From a virus: DNA of 64,000 bases. The notes under the pieces were generated by a model. The model made no database searches. It saw only the letters and a program-made list of their open reading frames with translations, and was not told the origin of the DNA. Both the position numbers and the translations under genes were made by a program. The stretch lies in the IMG/VR virus record IMGVR_UViG_3300032799_000664, positions 1 to 64,000 of that record; one strand, 5' to 3'. Shown piece after piece: positions 62,477 to 64,000 of the stretch. The number at the start of each line of letters is the position of its first letter. Within the stretch, counting starts at the first letter, position 1.

Positions 62477-64000
62477 TCAACCGCAGCCCGCGGCGTAGCC
62501 GCAGGTGGGGCACTTGTGGCAGTTGGCGCCGCTGTGCACCGTGATGGCACCACAGACCGGGCAAGGTGGATTGGCGCCGATGCCGCCCTTCGTGGCGGGA
62601 CGCAGCTCGTGATTCGGCGCATCGGACAGTTCTTCCTTCGGCGTACCGTGGCCGTTGGTCACCGGGTGTTTCAGGAAGATCGCCGCGAGCTTGCGCACCA
62701 CGGCATCGTAGATGCTGTGCGCGTAGCCGATCTCCGGATCGTTGCAGAACCCCGACGGCGCGAACTTGGTGTACGCGAAGCTCTCGACCAGCTTCTCGAG
62801 CGGCACGTCAGCTTGGAGGCACTGCGAGAAGGCGATGGCCCAACCCTTGACTAGACCGCTGACGGTGGATCCCTCCTTGGCCAGCTCGATGAAAATCTCG
62901 CCGGGCATGTCGGTGTCTTCGAACGGCGTCACCAGTGCGTAGCCCTTGATGCCACCGAATTCGAAGCGAATGCGGTGCGCGTTGGACTGGTGATCCTTCA
63001 GTTTGCGCATTCGCTTGGTCCCGAGCACGACTCCGGGACCCTTAGCACCAGTGGTCAGCGGTTGTTCCAGCTTGGAACCATCTCGGTAGACGGTCACGGC
63101 CTTGAGCCCCAGCTTCCACGCATCGAGGAAAGCTTGGCCGACCTGTTCCACGGTGGTCGCGGCAGGAATGTTCATGGTCTTCGAGATGGATCCGGAGAGG
63201 AAAGGTTGCACCGCAGCCGTCATGCGCAGATGCGCATCGAGATTCAGCGTCCGCCCACTCGGAGTCGCGGCCATGGCACAGTCGAATACCGACAGATGCT
63301 TGGACGCTAGGTGCGGGCAACGGTCCAGGTTCTTGTGCTCGCCCAGCCAGGTCAGGATCTTCGCTTGAACCGCCACCGGGTAGTGCAAGGCCGTGAGCGC
63401 CTGGCCAACGCCATCGTTCTCCAGGACGATGATGCCGCCCCCGACAAGCTTCTTCTCCTTGTAGAGGCAGGCTTCCGGCTCCACGCCCGTGGTCTGGCAG
63501 TCCATGAGGAAGCCGATGGTGCCAGTAGGCGCCAGCAATGTCACCTGCGCGTTGCGGAAGCCGTACTCGTCGCCCCAGCTCGTCGCCTGTGACCAGCGCA
63601 TAGTGGATTCGAAGCCGTGTTCCTGTGCCGCTCGCAGGTGACGATCAACGACTTCAAGGTGCGAAGCGCGATTGCGAGCAAAAGCTTCGTAGGACCCGTG
63701 GGCCGCCGCTAGCTGCGCCGAAGTGGCGTAGGCCGTCGCGGTCATCAGCGACGTGATCTCAGCGGCGACGCGTCGTCCCGTGTCGCTGTCGTAGGGCACT
63801 CCGATCGACATGAGATAGGCGCCGAGATTGGCGTAGCCCAGCCCGAGCGGCCGATAGTGACGACTGTTCTCGGCGATCTTGGACGTCGGGTAGAACGCCG
63901 GTTCCACCATGACGTCCTGCGCGATGATGAAGGTCTGGACGGCATGACCGAAGGCGACGTGGTTGAAGGTGCCATCCTCGTTGCGAAACTTCATCAGGTT
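62477..64000 (-). CDS. nrdJ: class II (B12-dependent) ribonucleotide reductase, 3' part (5' end outside the window)
   Basis: RPLGLGYANLG, RNAQVTLLAPTGTI, SISKT.N, YRDGSK..QPL, C-terminal PGEIF..K.GS domain and Zn ribbon. Confidence 0.92.
   Translation of the reverse strand, partial: NLMKFRNEDGTFNHVAFGHAVQTFIIAQDVMVEPAFYPTSKIAENSRHYRPLGLGYANLGAYLMSIGVPYDSDTGRRVAAEITSLMTATAYATSAQLAAAHGSYEAFARNRASHLEVVDRHLRAAQEHGFESTMRWSQATSWGDEYGFRNAQVTLLAPTGTIGFLMDCQTTGVEPEACLYKEKKLVGGGIIVLENDGVGQALTALHYPVAVQAKILTWLGEHKNLDRCPHLASKHLSVFDCAMAATPSGRTLNLDAHLRMTAAVQPFLSGSISKTMNIPAATTVEQVGQAFLDAWKLGLKAVTVYRDGSKLEQPLTTGAKGPGVVLGTKRMRKLKDHQSNAHRIRFEFGGIKGYALVTPFEDTDMPGEIFIELAKEGSTVSGLVKGWAIAFSQCLQADVPLEKLVESFAYTKFAPSGFCNDPEIGYAHSIYDAVVRKLAAIFLKHPVTNGHGTPKEELSDAPNHELRPATKGGIGANPPCPVCGAITVHSGANCHKCPTCGYAAGCG

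Noticed and set aside
1-64000. Alternative genetic code
   Set aside because: Recognisable genes are uninterrupted in the standard code, and TAG, TGA and TAA all end genes at sensible positions.

Overview
This window is a segment of a large, high-GC, tailed (probably contractile-tail, jumbo-type) bacteriophage genome; no capsid, terminase or integrase gene is in it. Bases ~1-38,700 are almost all minus-strand. The first ~29 kb is tightly packed small hypothetical genes, interrupted by an AT-rich non-coding gap (1.5-2.2 kb) and one large plus-strand orphan gene. After that come DNA-metabolism genes (DEDDh exonuclease, dNMP kinase, RNase HII, DinG helicase, family-4 UDG), with a free-standing HNH endonuclease and a lytic transglycosylase. 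Bases 38,819-59,630 are a plus-strand tail/baseplate module: chaperone pair with a probable -1 frameshift, tape-measure-like gene, hub, gp25-, J- and wedge-like genes, fibre genes and an embedded sigma-70-type factor. Bases 59,631-64,000 are minus-strand: amidase endolysin, papain-like peptidase, lipoprotein and the 3' part of class II ribonucleotide reductase. The most striking feature is a family of 17 dispersed small paralogues between 1.2 and 20.6 kb. They share a fixed cysteine scaffold (CxxCPxxLxC...CxxC...C...CxxC) with hypervariable loops, and most are translationally coupled to neighbouring genes. Also notable are two long intergenic regions folded into consecutive hairpins, a recurrent 15-bp palindrome CTTTAC-N3-GTAAAG and a recurrent promoter-like GGTAY(A/C/G)AG motif. 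All calls come from reading motifs by eye; no database searches were run.
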